Assembly: GCA_964016885.1 (NCBI GenBank)
Contig: OZ024742.1
Coordinates: forward strand, 298,964,001-299,028,000
DNA: 64,000 nucleotides
Direction of reading: 5' to 3'
Origin: Eledone cirrhosa
Lineage: Eukaryota
This document shows positions 60,921-64,000 of the stretch, piece by piece; position 1 is the first letter of the stretch; every line of letters begins with the position of its first letter. Made by a program: the position numbers and the translations under genes. The notes beneath the pieces were generated by a model, which worked only from the letters and a program-made list of their open reading frames with translations, was not told the origin of the DNA and did no database searches.

Positions 60921-62298
60921 AATAATCAGAGCACTGGATATGATGAAGCATACGAACCAAAAAACCTAAGACCATACTAGTGTTCACAACACGAAACACT
61001 GTTCATACTATAGTTCTGCTAGGAACAGCTGACCCCTGATATTATCGACTCAATAGCACAGCGTGCACAATGCAATTAATATTATAATTCCAACAAAACT
61101 CAAGCTAATCCTCAGTACAATACAACATAATACGCTACATTAACATGGGAAGTCTATACCCACCCAAACCTCACAAAAACTAGAACTCTATGCTGCATAA
61201 TCTTCGTAAACATATTCGTGCACTATCTTATGCAGTAGAAAACCTAATTAAACTACTAAAAATACGTTATTGATAATAAATCAAATTTATCATTTAAGGT
61301 ATATGAATAAATTGAGTGAGAAAAATTAATCGTAAAACCTTATATTTATTCATATCTCTCTTGAATTAATAACAAGTAATAAAATAACTAAAATGTAGGT
61401 TCTGTCTGAATGTGAATAGCTTCAAAAAGATAATGTTACACTCTTTAAAATGTCGATTATGAGAGAAATGTCATATCAGAATTGTTAATTTGCTCTTCTA
61501 AATGTCACGTCTTGAGTTTAATAACGTTAGTAGGTTTGAACAGATCGCTGAGATGATACCTCTGTGGTATCATCTTGAGATTTTCTAACAATTGCTCTTT
61601 TGTTTCATTCTTAAGATTTAGGAAATGTGCATATACCGGAATAAAATTGAGTTTCTTGGGTAAACATTATAAACACTATATCTTGCTCGGAGGAGATAAA
61701 TTAAAGTTCAAGCTTATTTGATCATTTCTCTTCTTATAATCTATTGATACAATCGATCCATTGTTTCAGTTGCACAGTTGTTTGTTTTCTAACGTCTGCC
61801 TGTTATATGACGTGTATTGTGAACAAGAATTATCGTAGTTAAAATTTGTAATAATACATTTATTGTATTGTGCAAATAAGAGAAGAGGGAATTATTTGCT
61901 TAATGCCTACTTAACTATAACGGATGCACCTGCTCAATTAAATGCATATATGAATATACAAATAAATGCTCATAGAAAGAGAGTAAAGAGCTAGATTGAT
62001 TTGATAAAGATATTCTACGATGTAAAAATATCCCAATTTATACTGAAACTGCCATTATTATATAAATGACATAACTATGATATAAATAACATGAAAGTAG
62101 ATGTTAGTTTGGGATTACCTGAAATTAAGTGCAGCAGAAAGGAAGAGTGACTGTGTAAAAAAGAAATATTGCGTGAGTGAACGAGTGATTGAAGTAGAAA
62201 TGGATGAGATAGAGATGGGATCAGTGTGTGAATCAGGAATGGAATTCGAGTAAGAGAGTATTAGTGTAAGAGTCCGTATATGTACACACACACACACC

Positions 62299-62388
<90 letters not shown>

Positions 62389-62520
62389 AACGTGTATTAT
62401 TGACGGACGTGAGAATGAGTACTCAATATCGAGTAATGTTTAAATATTAATCTATTATGTCTACATGGTGAGACATTTAGGCCTGTAGTTTCACTTGTGC
62501 ACACACACATATATATACAT

Positions 62521-62640
<120 letters not shown>

Positions 62641-62668
62641 GTAGTAACACAAGAGTTAATTCACCATA

Positions 62669-62709
62669 CCGAGAACAATTGTTTCACCTTATGCGGATCA
62701 TCAGCTCGG
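62669..62709 (-). ncRNA. Minimal hammerhead ribozyme motif with canonical core
   Basis: CCGAG CUGAUGA U CC-GCAUAA-GG U GAA ACAAUUGU U CUCGG; perfect 5-bp stem I, palindromic stem III. Confidence 0.82.
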
Positions 62710-63163
62710 ACTGGTAAGGGTTATACGGAACGGGAAGAACAACCGTATTAACGCGCATGCGCAGAATAAGTCCCTCAAAGACTCATATAGACTACTCCAT
62801 TCAACGGAAAGCTATCACTAAGTCCAAGCCATACGCTAGAGGCAATCCGTCTTGCGGACTGTGTATTGAAGAAGGGATAAATATTCTAAGGAGATTACGC
62901 AATAGCGATTGTCAAAAATCAAGATTTGAAATCTTCTCACGTTGTCCACATGTATGGAAACACCTCTTGCATAATTACAAAGCTCCGGATTGAATAACAA
63001 CATTTTTAATTTTCTAATCAACTCGAACATTTTATTCCGGACATTTGCAGTTTTCTCCATTACACCTTTCGCTGGTGGTTTTGTATCGCTTGGGTGAAGT
63101 GACTGTTTCTGCGCATGCGCGTTCATACGGTTGTTCTTCCTGTTCTATATAACCACTGCCAGT

Positions 63164-63204
63164 CCGAGCTGAAGATCTGCATAAGGTGAAACGATTGTCC
63201 TTTG
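63164..63204 (+). ncRNA. Minimal hammerhead ribozyme motif (partner copy)
   Basis: CCGAG CUGAAGA U CU-GCAUAA-GG U GAA ACGAUUGU C CUUUG. Confidence 0.75.
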
Positions 63205-63300
63205 TATGGTGAACTAACTGTTGTGTTACTACTTCTATCAAACTTGTCCCAATGGCTGAGTGCTCTACCACTACGGATATTACCTTCCAGTGTTCTACCT

Positions 63301-63390
<90 letters not shown>

Positions 63391-64000
63391 GTGCGCACAC
63401 ATGGGATGAAACACAGTTCAAATTCTGAAACTTGCCAATATGACTGAAAAAAAAAGAGAAATCATTTCTTTGACGCCATCAATAGTTTTATTGACCAATT
63501 AACAAAAGACCCGACTCATTCGTGTCAAATGATGGAACCGAAATATCCAAATCTTCTGGAAAATATCAATAACTGTTGGCACAAACATTTCACTCTGATT
63601 TGATAGCACTGTCATCAAATTATTACACCAGAGACGTATATACAGGACAACTGTGTGAATTACATGAAATAATAATATTGATTTTTCAAACCCGATACAA
63701 AATCAGTAGGTTGTATGAAAAAATATATCAAGATGACTTTAAAACCAACACGATAAAATAATCAAAGACGACAGCCGGAGTGACTTCCTTTGGTTTGAAT
63801 CAGAACTTTAAAGACGAGATATGCCTGAGGAAATACAAAAGAACAGATGTTATTATCCACAACTAATCAAATTCATCTATCTATCTACCTATATATCAAT
63901 GTGGCCGTCTACCTATCTATATTTCTACCTACCTACCTACCTACCTACCTACCTACCTACCTACATACATACATACATACATACATACATACATACATAC

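Overview
AT-rich eukaryotic non-genic DNA; the SINE types and microsatellite load suggest an octopod cephalopod (inference). I find no host protein-coding exon, and most ORF-track entries are translations of (TA)n/(CA)n/(CATA)n repeats. The window is a stack of retroelements that appear sorted by the microsatellite they sit in. R4/Dong-type RLE LINEs and one RTE lie in (CATA)n (1.3-8.3 kb), Dong-type LINEs lie in (TAA)n (31.8-34.7 kb, 45.4 kb), and Penelope-like elements (PLEs, GIY-YIG) with short non-coding relatives end in (TA)n. Many of the (TA)n-associated elements carry hammerhead-ribozyme (HHR) motifs: about a dozen found by eye, some with unusual cores (CAGAAGA, UUGAAAA). They repeatedly form inverted repeats in two geometries, head-to-head (including a 1.8-kb GIY-YIG palindrome at 41.5-43.35 kb) and tail-to-tail around a central (TA)n. 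Also present are tRNA-derived SINEs, a deleted mariner, a hAT-like MITE and a non-autonomous Helitron. All folds and homologies were judged by eye, and boundaries are approximate to within a few bases.
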